Of a DNA stretch of 64,000 nucleotides, positions 26,389 to 41,107 are shown in pieces (position 1 is the stretch's first letter; the number at the start of each line of letters is the position of its first letter). Origin of the DNA: Octopus vulgaris (lineage: Eukaryota). Location of the stretch: the NCBI GenBank assembly GCA_951406725.2, contig OX597817.1, positions 91,264,001 through 91,328,000 of the forward strand, read 5' to 3'. A program made the translations under genes and the position numbers. Under the pieces are notes generated by a model. It did no database searches, was not told where the DNA came from, and saw nothing but the letters and a program-made list of their open reading frames with translations.

Positions 26389-29300
26389 ACATTCTAGAAT
26401 CCTGTAATCATTCTACTATTTTATATTTGGAAGGACACACTGGAAATGCAGCCCTTGATACACTAGGCCTGTAAAAGGAACTGTATAGTTACAAATGGAA
26501 CACTTTTGATAATAGGTGTGCAGGATCAGGGCTGACCTGGAGTTAAATATTAACAACAAAGGAGAGCACGTTGGATATACACAGTTTATGAATAAAATAT
26601 GGATGGCCACAACTGGAACCTCTTTGCTCATAAGTCTATTAAGTCAAGGTTGATTTGGGCTTAACAACAACAATAACAAGGAATATTAGATTAGCTAATG
26701 CATTATGTCTGAATGAGGAAAAGATAGGATAGTCACTGCTGGAACATCTTTAACCTTAAGTCTGTTAGATAATGGCTGATCGGATTTAAACCATTGTATC
26801 TGGCCCAAAATATTCTACCTGTTTTCTGTTCAAATTGGCCAGATCCAACCTCTCACATCTATCCTACAATGTCATTCTAAAAGTATACAACCATGTCATC
26901 AACATCTCAAAACTATGAGATAATGCATGATTAACGAATGCAATGTGATTAAATAACCATTGCATTTGACAGAGCAATCTGAATGTCAAAGGATTAAGCA
27001 AACAACAATGTCAACCTATGAGTGTTTGATTTTTTTCTTTTCTTTTTGTGTTATTTGTTGATTTCCAATACCATCAGTAGCATTTCCAAAAACATCAGTA
27101 ACATATGGTGGTTGCTGTATTGGGTATGCTGCCACCCACAATGCCACCAAATTTCAAGCAGGGGTATAACAAACGTTTTCCATTAACATTTAGGATTAAA
27201 TTAATGAATAAAGTTAATATTTATAATGACTTTGCCATTTTCGTGGATGTGCAGTGCACACCTAGATCAACCAGAATATACACCCCTGGATGCCATTAAT
27301 ATTCCTTTTGAAATTTTGGTAGTCAACATCTGCAGGAAAAATATGAGCAGAGAGGGAAATTACAAGAGCCAAAATTCTGGGGAGAAAAAAGAGACTAGTT
27401 AGCAGTGATTAGCACAAAGTTAGAGGGAAGACACATCAGGGGTGATGGGAGGGAAGGAGATGTTTGAGCCAGGAGTGTTGGAATGAAAGTGGTGTGAGCG
27501 CAGTCATCTACAAGAAACAAAGGCTATTATAGCAGTGATAGAAAAGGCAGTGAGAAGAGTCACTGTGCTTGTGTGCTGAATTAATAGTCAAATCTCCTTC
27601 ATATAACAGTGAACAAGGAAGAGTACATTGCACAATGTAGCCTAATCTGAAAGAAATATGATGGGATGGTAATGGCTGGTATTACTTTGATTAAAGGTCT
27701 GCTGGATAAAGTTTGACTTGAGGTTAAGCAACATTCCCTCTACACACAAATTCCAAAGGCTAAAAATATCAGCCCAGTATCCACAAATCAAATGTCACTA
27801 TCTTCCCAAATATGGTGTAATTTTCTACTGGATTTTCTAGACCTTATGTCTTGGAAAACCATACAGAAAGTTTTTCAGCCTTTCATAATTTATTTATCTT
27901 GGTATTTCAGCAACAGGGAAACTGATTTCAACCCACTTTTACTTTTACCATGCCTTCAGAAGGATATTCATAATTGGGTATGACATTGTATATCCTGCCA
28001 AAAAGCTTAAGTTCACTGCCACATCAAGGCACTGTTGGGCACATTTACTACTTGTGACATTTGTTTTAACTCTTTGCAGACAAATTTAGTACTGACAGTC
28101 TATACTGTGTACCAATAATACGCTGTTTAGTAACTAGATAATTTTTCATACTATGAATTTTAGTGTATTTACAGATCCTTCTCAGTGTGGTATATTTGAA
28201 AACATGTTGCTGCACAAAGTGAGACATCACACTGCTCACACAGTGTTTCAATGCAGTCAGTACCACTTTTCAGCGCAATGGGTTAAATATATTCACATAA
28301 ATATTGTTGATTCTTTAACCCCTGTACAGGATTAAATATCTCTTGAACTGTATAGACTGTTTTTCCAAATGGCCTGATGCTTTTCCTATCAAGAATACTT
28401 CATCCTTTATTGTCACAAAGGCTCTAATCGCCAAATTGATTTCATGCTTCAGTACACCTACTACAATAACGACCCACAGAGGTCATTAGTTTGAATCCAG
28501 TCTTTCCACTGACTTAGCTAATCTGTTGGGTATGGAATGAGCTCATACTGCAGTCTATCACCTCAGGTTTCAAAGAATGACAGAACGTTTCCCTCACCAG
28601 CTTAAAGCAGCTTTACAAGCATATACCAATTTGGATAGATGGCTGAAAGCCCTGTCGAGTGTGTTACTAAGTTTATGAACCATTATTAACGAAGACCTAG
28701 GTTACTCCTTGGCAGAATTACCATATGGTTGAGCACTTACACTACCTAGTCAAATAGTAGTTGCAACAACTAATCAACAGCATGATCCTGCCAGCTATAT
28801 TCAATGATTGCAAGGTTCCATAGCAAAGTTACCTCCATCTCTTGCAAGACCACAGTCAATTAAAACTTTTGTTCTGTATGACATATATATCTGAACTAAT
28901 GTCTTCGTGTGGAAAGATAAAGTAAAGCATTCTTTTCACATAGTTTATTCCAGTATAGCATTCCCAAAGTTAATCAAAAATATATGGTCCTAGACATACA
29001 AGAAAGACAGAAGACTGTCAATATTGATAAACTCAAGAAAGTCTTTGTTGAATTAATACCCCTCCACAACAATCTTCTTCATCACCTGCCTCACCTGAAC
29101 AACCTAAACAAGAAAATGATACATTTACTAACAACACTGTTGCACCTCAAACAGACAGAGTGAACAAAAGTGGTAGAAAATTCATTGGCCAATTAAATAT
29201 ACTGACGTACGTTTTTTAACAAAAAGAAAATTTTTTATGGTTGTAAAACAAAGAACTTCAAAACTATTTGTGTATATAACAAAATTATTGCTATAATCAT

Positions 29301-31332
29301 TATTACAGATAATGAAATTTATCTCATCATTTATGCTTTATTCTATTCATGTTTTTGTACTTGTGTTGCCATTTTGTACTTGTATGTAATTTTGCCATTT
29401 TGTTACTCCATTTTTTCTTTTCTCGCTTTCTCTTCTCCATTGTAAATCACTTGGAGAAGACTGTTGGCTTCATCTGCGATTTTATTAGTTTGTAATCATG
29501 AGAATCAACCAATCAGTGTGAAGGTGTGGTGTAGATGGCTTCTTGAATATTCCAGAATTTCATGCTTTTTAGTCCTAGTTAAGCAGAGTTTAGGGCCTGA
29601 ATCATGGTAGATCACAGCTAGCCTTCAAGCAAGACAAATCACAACAGACCTCAGCTAGTCTTTGAACAAGACACATCATGGTACTCTTCTCTAAGCTTCA
29701 ACAATGTATGGTGGTTATTGTATCTGCAGTTTTCTCTTCCAGATAACTAATGTCTAAGTCAACATATAAATCTATTCCTATTTGCTATTCTGATAACCAG
29801 TGAATCTGTGATAATTTGTATATTTAAATGCACAGTTTCATATCAATAAAATATGGTTGAAAGTTCACAATTTTGCCTTATTTATGTTACATGCAGCTAG
29901 CTTGATCTTCCATTCAATTAAAGGATACAGTATCATTTTCTCATGGCCAACCATGCAATGATGATCTTCAGCAAATGCACAGATACCCACAACTGCAAAC
30001 ATGGTGACCACAAATATACAAGCTAGGTGATAAATTAGGTGAAATTCAATAATCAAATTGATTTTTATGTCTAACCTTATCAGAGGCTTTTAATTGGCAT
30101 CCATGAGCCTCAGTAGAACTAAACAAACTTAATCTAACTAGTCTGAGGCAGAGAACACTTTTTTGATAAGCTGAAGTCCTTGGATGAGTTATCAGCAAAT
30201 ACCCATAAACCAATGATTTTTCTGAATAGAATTTACATCATGTGTTTCAGATCAGTTGCTTTCTTAATGCACCTGTATTTAGCTACAGCTGTGGACAGGT
30301 TTGTATGCAAAGCATTCCAATATGTTTCCTCTTTATAAGATTCTGTACAGATTTTTGCTTTAATGTTCATTACTTCAATGCTCAAGTCAGAGATCAATTG
30401 TCAAATTTCCCCAACTTTACTATGGATCACTGGGTTTTATTTGACAGTTCAGGTCAAACAGGCCAGACATTGAATGAACCAATTTAATAGAGGGACCATT
30501 TCCTAAACCTTATCCATTGTAGAATTGCAGTGTGCTTTTTTCTTTTGTTCTTGACCTAGGATCATTAGGAAGTCAGTAGTGAGTTGAAAGTAAATAGAAA
30601 CATGATATTTACCGTATTCAACTCATTCATTTCAAAGAAAGTTATAAAGTTTTGTACAAATATGGCAAATATGATTCTTAGAGTATTGTTTTTATATTAG
30701 ATCAGCAACAAATTTCATTGCATAATTCACCCATATATAAAGCCATAGCAATTTTGTTTCATCTATCCATCCATACAATTAAAAAATGTCCAATTACAGA
30801 ACACTTATTAAATAGATTAGATATCAGGAAATGGTTTTCTGAGTAATGCATATGTGCAAACATACAAACAAATCTGTATACATACGTATATTTGTTATAT
30901 ATTTCTTATGAAGAAATGGGGTATATACTTGAATTGAAGTATATTTATGGAATATATGCAGTTCATTACGTGTAAATGAATTTTGTGGTATCTCAGACAA
31001 GACATATATTTATCAATATGGATGCCATTTTATTTGTTTTACATTTTTCTCTCTGACCATGTCTTTTTCCTATCTAATTCTTGCCTCATTATGCTGCATT
31101 AGCAGATTCAGTCAAACACACATTATTTACTCATATATCTTCCTTAGTTATGCTGTTCTATTTAATCTCTTTACCAGTAACCATAAGGTAACTGTATCTC
31201 TCTCTCTCTCTCTCTCTTACCATTTCATTCCTTTCCTTCATGATAGCCTCTTTGTTACCCAGGTACCCTGCTTCACTCTCTTCTATCATTTTCTGTAATG
31301 TTGCTGCTTACCAACAATGATTATGTAGTTGT

Positions 31333-31373
<41 letters not shown>

Positions 31374-31872
31374 TTCCCTCTGGATCTTTTCCATTCCTCC
31401 ACTATTATCCTCCAACTGTGAATCTTTTCACACCCAACAATATGGGAAAGAAAGGAATAAAGAAATGAGTAGAACATAGTGAAGATGGTCCTTCTTGAGT
31501 TTACTAAGACAAACAAAACAACCTCTCCAGTGCTTGTGCAACCATAAAATGCACCCCACAGATTTCATATGTGACTGGTGTTAGGAAGGGCATTTCGCCA
31601 TAGAAAAACATGTCAAAAATTTAAAGTGCAAGAGAAATGTGGTCATCTGACTGACCTAGGTGGGCAGTGACTTCAAATAAGACCTGACTTGGACCATAAC
31701 TATCTGTGTAGGCCATGTCAACATGGGATGATGGAAGTCAAATGATGATGAGGGTGATGGGGGTGGCGGCAATAATGTGATAATGACAGCATTCTTTTCA
31801 TTTGATATATGTATGTGAAAATTTTTGCTGCCGTCGTATTTTGTCATCCTAGTTGTTATTGTTGTTGTCATT

Positions 31873-31935
<63 letters not shown>

Positions 31936-32439
31936 TAAGGAAAGTAATTTATTATTTTAACATACACACAAATAATTGTATGCCAACAGATACACATAGA
32001 TATGTACAGACACACACACACACACTAATATATTCCTATAAAATATATATTAAGAAATTTGATTAAAAATGTATATGTAAATGACATTGGTAAACAAAAA
32101 AATGGTAATTGCTTCTAGTTTCAATGTGTGTGTCTGTGTGCATGCATGTGTTCATGTATATGAATACATAACATATACAATACATTATAATATAAAATAT
32201 ATAGTATGTATGCATATAAAAGTATATATATATATATATATATAAGTATATATATACATATATATATATATATTTGTATATATATTCATAATGTATGCAT
32301 ATATAAGCATATATATATGTACATTCATATATATATATATATACATATACATATGAGTAAATATATATACATGTGTATATAAATATATATATGTGTGTGT
32401 GTGTATGTATGCATATATAAATACTTATATATGTATGTG

Positions 32440-32478
<39 letters not shown>

Positions 32479-32546
32479 TCATGCATATACACATATGAGC
32501 ATATATATATTTGTATGTGTTTACAATAGGAACATGCACACACATG

Positions 32547-32607
<61 letters not shown>

Positions 32608-33999
32608 CACTTATTTTCAACCACATTTACGTTGGTACTTCAGTACATACCAAGCTTCTCTTTTATTTTATACGTTTTTCATTTTGTGGCAAATGACAAG
32701 TAATGAAGATTAACGCACACATGTGTATGTATGTTTACATGTCTGCATATGTGTATGTCTACATATGTTTATGTGTGTGCGTGTAAAAACACACACACAC
32801 ATATATATATATGCATATATGTTTACATGTATGTTTTTATGGATGTGTGTACACATTCACACACAGTCATATACACACACATATTATATATGTATATGTG
32901 TGTGTATATTCAACAGAGAGAGAGAGAGGGAAGAAGGAGAGAGGGGAGAGAAAAGAAAGGTAAAGGAGAGATATATGTATATGTATATATGAGAGTATAT
33001 AGAGAGAAAATAGATAAGTATCATTTAACAATTACATAGGAAACTAATGGTAGTGGAGAATCACAAACTCTAAACACTAACCACAACTACATCAGACTCT
33101 GAACCTACTCTGTACACTTCTTTCATAAGCAATTTATCGAAGTTGCTTTATTTTACTGAGGAAGGAGGTGGTAGGAGATTTATTTATGTATATCTTTATT
33201 TTTATTGCTTTTCATGTTGTTTCTGTTTTCTATATATCTATAACATATGTTTGTCTTTGTCAGTAGATATGTATGTACATATCTATCTACCTATCTATCT
33301 TTCTACTTATCTATCAATCTATCTTCCTGTGTGGCTGTCTGTGCACACACACATGCACACACACATACACACACATGCACATAATCATTGAGTTGTGTTG
33401 AACAAATAAAACGGGAGTGCTCAATGTATGTTGTAGAGTACATGGTTTAAAGGCACTGAATATTCATCTTACATATTGAATTGAGTTTCATCTTAATGAT
33501 AATTGACGTCATTGTTTTACATCTGCTTTCCACACTTGCATGGGTTGGATGGGTCACTGCAGTGTGAATCAATATTTATCCAAGGGAATTGCTCACCTAC
33601 ATAGGGTGGAGGACTTCATCACACTCACATTCCATTTTTGATTTGATTTTTATAGCTGAATATTCTATTTCTAATATCAGTCTCTTCACTGAGAGTACTA
33701 CATCCTTTTTTCATGGCTCCCAGCTCTGCAAAAGTGTCTTGTCCTTTATAAAAGTCTTAATAAACTTACACGTTAATTATTTTGATACCAATACATCTGA
33801 GACCACCTCAGGTTCTATGACAAACTTACTGTTTTAAATTGTCTAAATTATAATCTTCCATGAAAACTTTATGCTAATTTGTTCTGGACCCCAGTTTAAT
33901 AATGAGGTAATTATTTTATTAAATTCTTCATCGTCTTAAAAATTAATTGAAACAATGGCAATATATGTCAACAGAAATATGGTAACAAAAGGGTTAAAG

Positions 34000-34329
34000 C
34001 AGGGGTTTCTCAGCCATTTTTTATCTGTAGATCTCTTTGATTGTTAGTTTCTTCTGGTGTACCTTCATAGCCATTTGATGTTTAAACACTAGTTTCATAG
34101 TAACTTCTTACAAAATTCCTATTTTGTTTTCCACACATTAAGTTGTGTAGGTTGAACTATGTAAAATGTCAGAGAAAGACACCTAGCTGTTTCTTGCAAT
34201 ACATACCAATGCATACATCTAAAGTAAAATTTTTTTAGGGGCCCTCAAAATACTGTTGTGGATCCCCAATTTACTATTTTGTTGTATGGACTCCTCAGGG
34301 ACCATATGGATTCTGGCTGAGAACTACTG
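34000..34329. mobile_element. hAT-like MITE
   Basis: caggggtttctcagcc / ggctgagaactactg termini; flanking 8-mers match only partly. Confidence 0.5.
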
Positions 34330-34649
34330 CTTCAAAGTGTGTGCTGGGTGTATTTTTCATGACAACAGCAGACTCTACATCTCTGCTTGCTCACCCAGGC
34401 CCCTTTTCAGAATGAGAAGCAAGAGTGATAGCAGCATGAACGATGGAAAAGAGAAGTATGAAGAATAGTGATAAGTTGGATGTATGATAGGAATATTCAG
34501 TATTCTAAGGTAGGTATACATGAAAGCAATGTAAATGACTTGAGAGGGCAAAGTACATCTATATATATATATACTTATATATACAAACTTATACATACAT
34601 ATATACACACACATACATACATACATACATACATACATACATACATACA

Positions 34650-34679
<30 letters not shown>

Positions 34680-34681
<2 letters not shown>

Positions 34682-34920
34682 GGTGCAGGTATGAAGGCAC
34701 ATGGCTGAGTGGTTAGGTTATACTTGAGCAAGACACTTTATTTCACATTGTTCCAGCCCACTCAGCTAGCAAAAATGAGTAGTATCTGTATTTCAAAGAG
34801 ACAGTCTTGTCACATTCTGTGTCATGCTAAATCTACCTGAGAACTACGTTAAGAGTATGTGTTTGTGGTGTGCTCAGCCACTTACACCTTAATTTCAAGA
34901 GCAGGCTGTTCCATTGACCC
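34680..34920 (+). mobile_element. tRNA-derived SINE (third family)
   Basis: ggcacatggctgagtggttag A box, cttgagcaagacactttatttcac core; copies at about 35395-35565(-), 37495-37810(-), 51393-51680 and 51725-51960. Confidence 0.75.
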
Positions 34921-35563
34921 TCATCATCATAAGAAGTTTGCTTCCCAAGCACTGGGCTTCAAGTTCAGTCTCACTGCATGGTACCTTGGGTGAGTGTCTT
35001 CTACTATAGTACCAGGCTGACCAAAGCCTTGTGAGTGGATTTGATAGATAGAAAGCAAAAGAAGGCTATTGGGTGTGTGTGTGTGTGTGTGTATGTGTGT
35101 GTGTGCGTGTGTGTGTGTGTGTGTGCGTGCGTGTGTGCTTGTCCCACACCACTGCTTGACAACTGGTGTTGCTGTGTTTACATCCTCATAAAATAGTGGT
35201 TTGGCAAAAGAGATCAAGAGAATAATTACCAAGCTTAAAAAAGAAAAACATTACTGGCATCAGTTCATATGACTAAAAGTTTTCAAGGCAGTGTCCCAGT
35301 ATGGCCACAGTTTAATGACTGGAACAAGTAAAAGGCAAAATATACATATATATATATATATATATACATAACTAAGGGTCTAAAGTTTCCAGAGACATTT
35401 GAATACAGATACTACTCATTTTTGCCAGCTGAGTGGGCTGGAATAATGTGAAATAAAGTGTCTTGCTCAAGTATACAACATACTGCCAGGTATTGAACTC
35501 ACAACCTCACGACTGTGGGCTGAATAACCTAACCACTCAGCCATGTGCCTTCATACCTGCACC

Positions 35564-35596
<33 letters not shown>

Positions 35597-36079
35597 CACA
35601 TCTTGTTGGTGGATCCATGTATTGGTGGAGGCAGCTCTTCTTCAGTTGCATCCTTTTATACTAACTTGGTATGTTTGAGCAAAGTACGCTTAGATTTCTT
35701 TAAAAAGTCTCTGGGTGAAAACTTTAATTAAATTTTGTAATTTTTTTAGGAGGCGGATGTACAACCAAGGACCTTTAAATGCCAAACTTTTGTTGTATAG
35801 GTTACGTAGCCATGAGTTTAAGAAAAGGGGATGTTGGAATCTGATAATGCCTTCCATTCCTTTTGGTTTTTATCTCTTGTATGTCAAAGTTTGGAATAAG
35901 AAATGAGAAAGAAACAAACCCTTAATAAATTAGAAACAACAAAATATCCAAACATATGCTGTTTACTTCTAGCATAAGTAATATATGGAGATTTCCCTTT
36001 TATGTATGTATGTATGTAAGTATATATGTATGTATGTATGTATGTTATGTATGTATGTTATGTATGTATGTATGTATGT

Positions 36080-36640
36080 TATGTCAGGTCACTTTCGAGT
36101 GCTACTCGTAACATGTAACCCAGTACAACCTGTTGCATGGTCGGGTCGTTGGCGACTAAACTGGCAACCCCACCAAGCTTGATTGGTGAGGAGGGTGTTT
36201 ATTGGACACCCTGCGGGATGAAAAACAAAACCCGTCAAAGGGCAGAGGAACTCTTGAGATTCAACGGCCATCCAATAAATGCCTTAAGGCTGTATCATGC
36301 GCGGAGACATAGAAATAATCGGACTGAATACCCGATCGCGCGGTTAAACCATTGGGAGTGAAGGGCTCTTAGCCTTTGTTAGGGCATCCTTCTAGGAGAA
36401 GGTAACTCAAGAAACTGGGATGACTCCAACATAAAACCTGCGGCTCAGTGGTTACCGATGATGTTGACTTGTTCTTCTTTTCAGATTATGGCTGCTGTTG
36501 CTTAGTGAGTTGGATTGACTCAGTGCACAGTCTTCCCTCACTATAAAAAAAAATCTTCTTGCACAGGCATTGCATGATAACAACATTCATTAAGCTTCGG
36601 GCAATGGCCATACTCGATAACGAGGGGGCAGCCACCATGT
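36080..36640 (+). mobile_element. Non-autonomous RTE-derived retroposon within (ATGT)n; partial copy at 48632-48820
   Basis: Reverse complement of 8318-8876. Confidence 0.65.
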
Positions 36641-36837
36641 ATGTATGTATGTATGTATGTATGTATGTATGTATGTATGTATGGATGGATGGATGGATGG
36701 ATGGATGGATGGATGGATGGGTGTGTGTATGTATGTATGTATGTATGTATGTATGTATGGATGGATGGATGGATGGATGGATGGATGGATGGATGTACAT
36801 ATGTATATATATACAGTCATGCATGCACACACATGCA

Positions 36838-38285
36838 CAATGTGTGTCCAAAAATAGATGGAACTTTTAAACTGCATACTAGCCAGTTGATGCAATGTAT
36901 TTACAGCAGTAATGCAATGTACAAGAGAACTTGGCCTTCAGTCTAATAATAGCCCATGAAGTCATGTCCATTGGTTATTGATCCACATGCACTAGAATGA
37001 ATGTATCTAGTGCACTTGACAATTTTGTCACAAACTGTACAATGAGGGATCTAGAAAGCAATATTTTTATATGAAATTCTGTTTTGAATTGGGAAAAACT
37101 TTTAGAAGGACTTTTCTAATGTTATAGCTGGGCAAAGTAAAGAATTGTTTCAGTTATGGACAATGTCACAAGTGGTCCTGTGTTTCAAATGAGAAATAAC
37201 ATCCCTGGAGACAATTCTAAATCTGGATGTGATCTTCCATGACAATGGATTAGGATAGCATAAAAGTGCACATTGAGATATGTGACACCCAGCACCAGAC
37301 ATTGAAGGCATCAATAAAAAATCTCTGCCATATGATTTTATAACACTTCTGTGTGGAGTTGCTATATTATTTGTGCTGCATCTTCTGATAGATGAACAAA
37401 AAGATAAGTGAGTCATAGTCAGCTAGGAGATGTGTGATTACTGAAAAGTCCACTCAAATATAAAGGTGATATTAATCTTAAAACTGGCATTCTATTGGTT
37501 ATGAGGATAAGGATTCCAGTTGATACAATCGACAGAACAGCCTACTCATGAAATTAATTTGCAAGTGACTGAGCACTTCCCAGACACATGTACCCTTAAA
37601 GTAGTTCTCATGGAGATTCAGCATGACACAGAATGTGACAAGGATGGCCCTTTGAAATACAGGTACTATTCATTTTTGCCGGCTGAGTGAACTGAAGCAA
37701 CACAAAATAAAGTGTCTTGCTCATGGACACAATGCACTGCCAGTGATAGATCTCTTGACCTTAAGATCATGACCTGAATACCCATAACCACTAAGCCATG
37801 TGCCTTCACCTCATATTAATCACTTTTCTCTTATTGGTAGGTAAATCCTTCATCATCAGTTTGTTCCATGTCAGACAATACAGAGGTTTACTTGGTTGTC
37901 TTGAAATGATTCAGAGAGTTCAAATGAAGAGCCCTGAGGTACGAACTAACAAAGTATAGATGCTGCACCATGACAACACATCTATTCACACACCCCTTTT
38001 GACAAATCCTGAGGCAAATCTCCTCTCATTTAAGCACCCCTTCTCTCCAGATTTTTTCCCCAGCAGACATTTTTTCCCCCTAATTTCAAGTCCATGTAGA
38101 AAGGCTGCAAGTTTCAGTTGATCAAATATGCTTCCACAAATTGCTCTTCTCTAGAAAGTGTTTTCTGACACACAAATTAGACAAGTCATTTCAGTTGGTT
38201 TGTGTATAATTTAAATAGTAATTGCTATCAAGTTCACTTCATTGAATAAGAATGATAAGTACTTTGTTTTTTGAAGTGTGACAAA
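36838..38285 (+). mobile_element. Highly degenerate mariner transposon interrupted by a SINE (37495-37810)
   Basis: LHHDNTSIH (LHHDNAPAH-like) and HP.FSPDF.P.DIF (PYSPDLAP.DF-like) remnants at ~37960-38080. Confidence 0.55.
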
Positions 38286-38642
38286 CAAGTCATGGAACAT
38301 GGCAGGATAAGCTTATTGTGTACAAAGAGCAATAATAAAATGTATTTACATTTGTTTATTTTTCACAGCTGAAGTGTTATAAACTATAGCTGGGGTGTGT
38401 GTGTGTATGCATGCGTGCATGTGGATGCATGTGTTGTGTGTGTACATGTATATGTGTAAGTATGTATATGTAAGTATTTGTGTGAGTTTGCCTATGTAAA
38501 TTTTTTTGAGATTTATGATATAAATTCTGTAATCATCACGATCATGATCATTGCCATCATCATCATCGTCATTGTAATTATCATCGTCTTCTTCTTCCCC
38601 TTCTTCTTCTTCTTCATATAGATGGAGTTGCATTTATATACA

Positions 38643-39700
38643 TACTAATTGAATGACCCGGCATTGCCTTGGTTACTGCTGTTCTTATTTAGATTAACAA
38701 ACAATAAATATAAAGACATATTCTCGTAATTATTTCAAAATATCATCATCATCATCATCATCATCATCATTTAGCGTCCGTTCTCCATGCTAGCATGGGT
38801 TGGACGGTTCAACTGGGGTCTGTGAAGCTGGAAGGCTTCATCAGGCCCAGTCAGATCTGGCAGTGTTCTATATTTTATTAAAAATATCCAAATTGCAATG
38901 ATAGAATTTCGAACTGAAAATCTGTCAATGTTGAAGAACCTTGGGGTAAACTATATTCATTGTGTATTTTTTTTGTTGGTGTCAAAATGAATAAATTGTT
39001 GCTGCTTCCAACTCACAAGCAAGCAACATAATGCGTGTTCAGAAATTCAACAGGGTATTGAACAACCTGATCATAATCAACCATTGTCAATTGATTGAAA
39101 AGTAATTTCTGATGTATCTGTTAACTTTTAAAGAAGTTCCTGATTGAGTTTATCAACCATTTCATTAGAGGGACCTAGTATAGCTCTTTCATATAGCCAG
39201 TTTACATCGGTGTAATTGACAGATAAATTAGGAAATACTTTATCCATAAGATCCCTAAGAGAAAGTATCATTTGACCCCATGTAATTACATGTAGCTGAA
39301 GCCTTGAGTTAAATGCTAATATCCCATTACCAATCTTAAGAAACTTGTATGATCACCTTGTAGAAGTATTTTGATGTTGCTTGTAAGATGAAGTTTTTTT
39401 CACATGTCTTCAAAGGTATGATTTTTTGAAACATGCATTGACCTCATCAGCTTTTGATCCTTTGGGTATAACTGGCAACACTTGATGAAAATCTCCTGCA
39501 AGAAGAAATGTTACTCCTCCCATGAGCGTGCTATTGGCTTTTATGTCTTGGAGGGTATGGTCAAGTACCTCTGGAACTCCACAGTGTAACAGTGCACTCA
39601 TCCCAAACAATAAGGCAAATTTGTTGGAGAACCATTGCCATTGCAGAGTTTTCGGAAATGTTGCACATTTAAGATTCTTTCATTGCAAAGCTTATTATTT
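38643..39700 (-). mobile_element. Helitron RepHel (PIF1-like helicase) remnant with 3' hairpin end; RTE tail inserted at 38745-38868
   Basis: LMGGVTFLLAGDFHQVLPVIPKGSKADEVNAC.K.SYL; LKIGNG; WLYERAILGPSNE.VD.LN; terminal ccaaggcaatgccggg..ttag. Confidence 0.85.
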
Positions 39701-40279
39701 ATACCCTCCTCCTCCTCCCACCACTGCTTCTGCCACTACCACCACCACTACTACTGCTACTCCCCCCGCCTCATTTATTAAATATTAACTCAAGCATTTC
39801 CCCAATGTAATTATTTAATAAATATTAATTTAAGAACGTGCTCACGTATTACCTTCAGAATTTTTTTCGCCCTGGTTGTTATTCTTTATTCATTATCTTC
39901 CTTAATATTATTAACAATCTTTAATTAGTTCAGCATTATTACTTCAACGTTAGATGATATTTTTAAAATCCAGAATTCTAGCTATAATTCTTTCCTCATT
40001 CACTACATGTTAATTTAAGAAATTCCCTGATTTAATTCTTCTTCATATTAACTTAAAGACATTTTACTGGTTGTTCTTCTTTTAGTGTATTTCTTAATAA
40101 TTAATTTGTCATTGGTACATCAGAGTATTAAGTAGGCTGCATGTGAAGGTGAGAATGACCAAACTAATATTCATATGAGTTTTCAAATATTTTCATTCTC
40201 CCAGAATGTTTATATTTATGTAAGCAAATATTTGATTTACTGGTACAAGAGCAACATTCATAAGACAATAAGGTAAAGT

Positions 40280-40795
40280 AAAGGTAAAGCTTTCCTTCAT
40301 GAGTCATACTGACTCATAAGGACCAGTTTTCCAGTTTCCACAGCATATAAATTCTCCACCTGGATGAAATGCTGGTCCATTTCAAGATTACTCATTTTTG
40401 CCAGCTGAATGGGCTGGGGCAACGTGAAATGAAGTGCTTTGCTCAACAATACAATGCATTGCCCAGCCCAGGAATCCAAACCACAACCTTACAATCATGA
40501 GTCCAACATCTTAACCACTAAGTTACATGCTTCCACTAAAAGATGAAGTTACGTTCTTGAGTCATACTGACTCATTAGGGCCAGTGTCCTACTTTCCATG
40601 GCATATAAATTCCCCACCTGGATGGGATGCCTGTCCATCGCAGGATCACTCATTTTTTCCAGCTTAGTGGACTGGAGCAACATGGAATGAAGTGTTTTGC
40701 TCAAGAACACAATGCATTGCCAGGTTCAGGAATTGAAACCATGGTCTTATGATCATGAGTCCAACACCCTAACCAATAAGCCATGTGCCACCTCA
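40280..40795 (-). mobile_element. Two tandem tRNA-derived SINE copies
   Basis: Units of ~255 bp (40280-40535, 40555-40795) sharing gagtcatactgactcat...aaccactaag. Confidence 0.75.
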
Positions 40796-41107
40796 TGAGA
40801 CTATGAAAGGAGTAGCTAAGTTTTCTGTGATACAATACATCATATAACTATATGAAAGTATTTCATAATTATTGAAGACAGAGTAAATAGAAAGAGTTAA
40901 AACTACTGCATGTAAATTATTTGTGCATAATTTGGAATTATGACACAATGTCTGTATTTTCTGTCAAAACTTACACAAGGATTCTTTTATTCTTTTACTT
41001 GTTTCATCTATTTCACTGCAGCCATGCTGGAACACCACCTTGAAAGGTTTCTTTTAGCCAAACAAATCGACCCAAGGAATTATTTCTTAAGCCTGGTACT
41101 TATTCTA

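Noticed and set aside
29560-30500. Possible ancient RT remnant (minus-strand CAFAEDH, YADD-like)
   Set aside because: Only one weak motif; no further support by eye.
34330-34510. Unique-looking segment considered as a host exon
   Set aside because: No convincing splice-site pair or recognisable protein.
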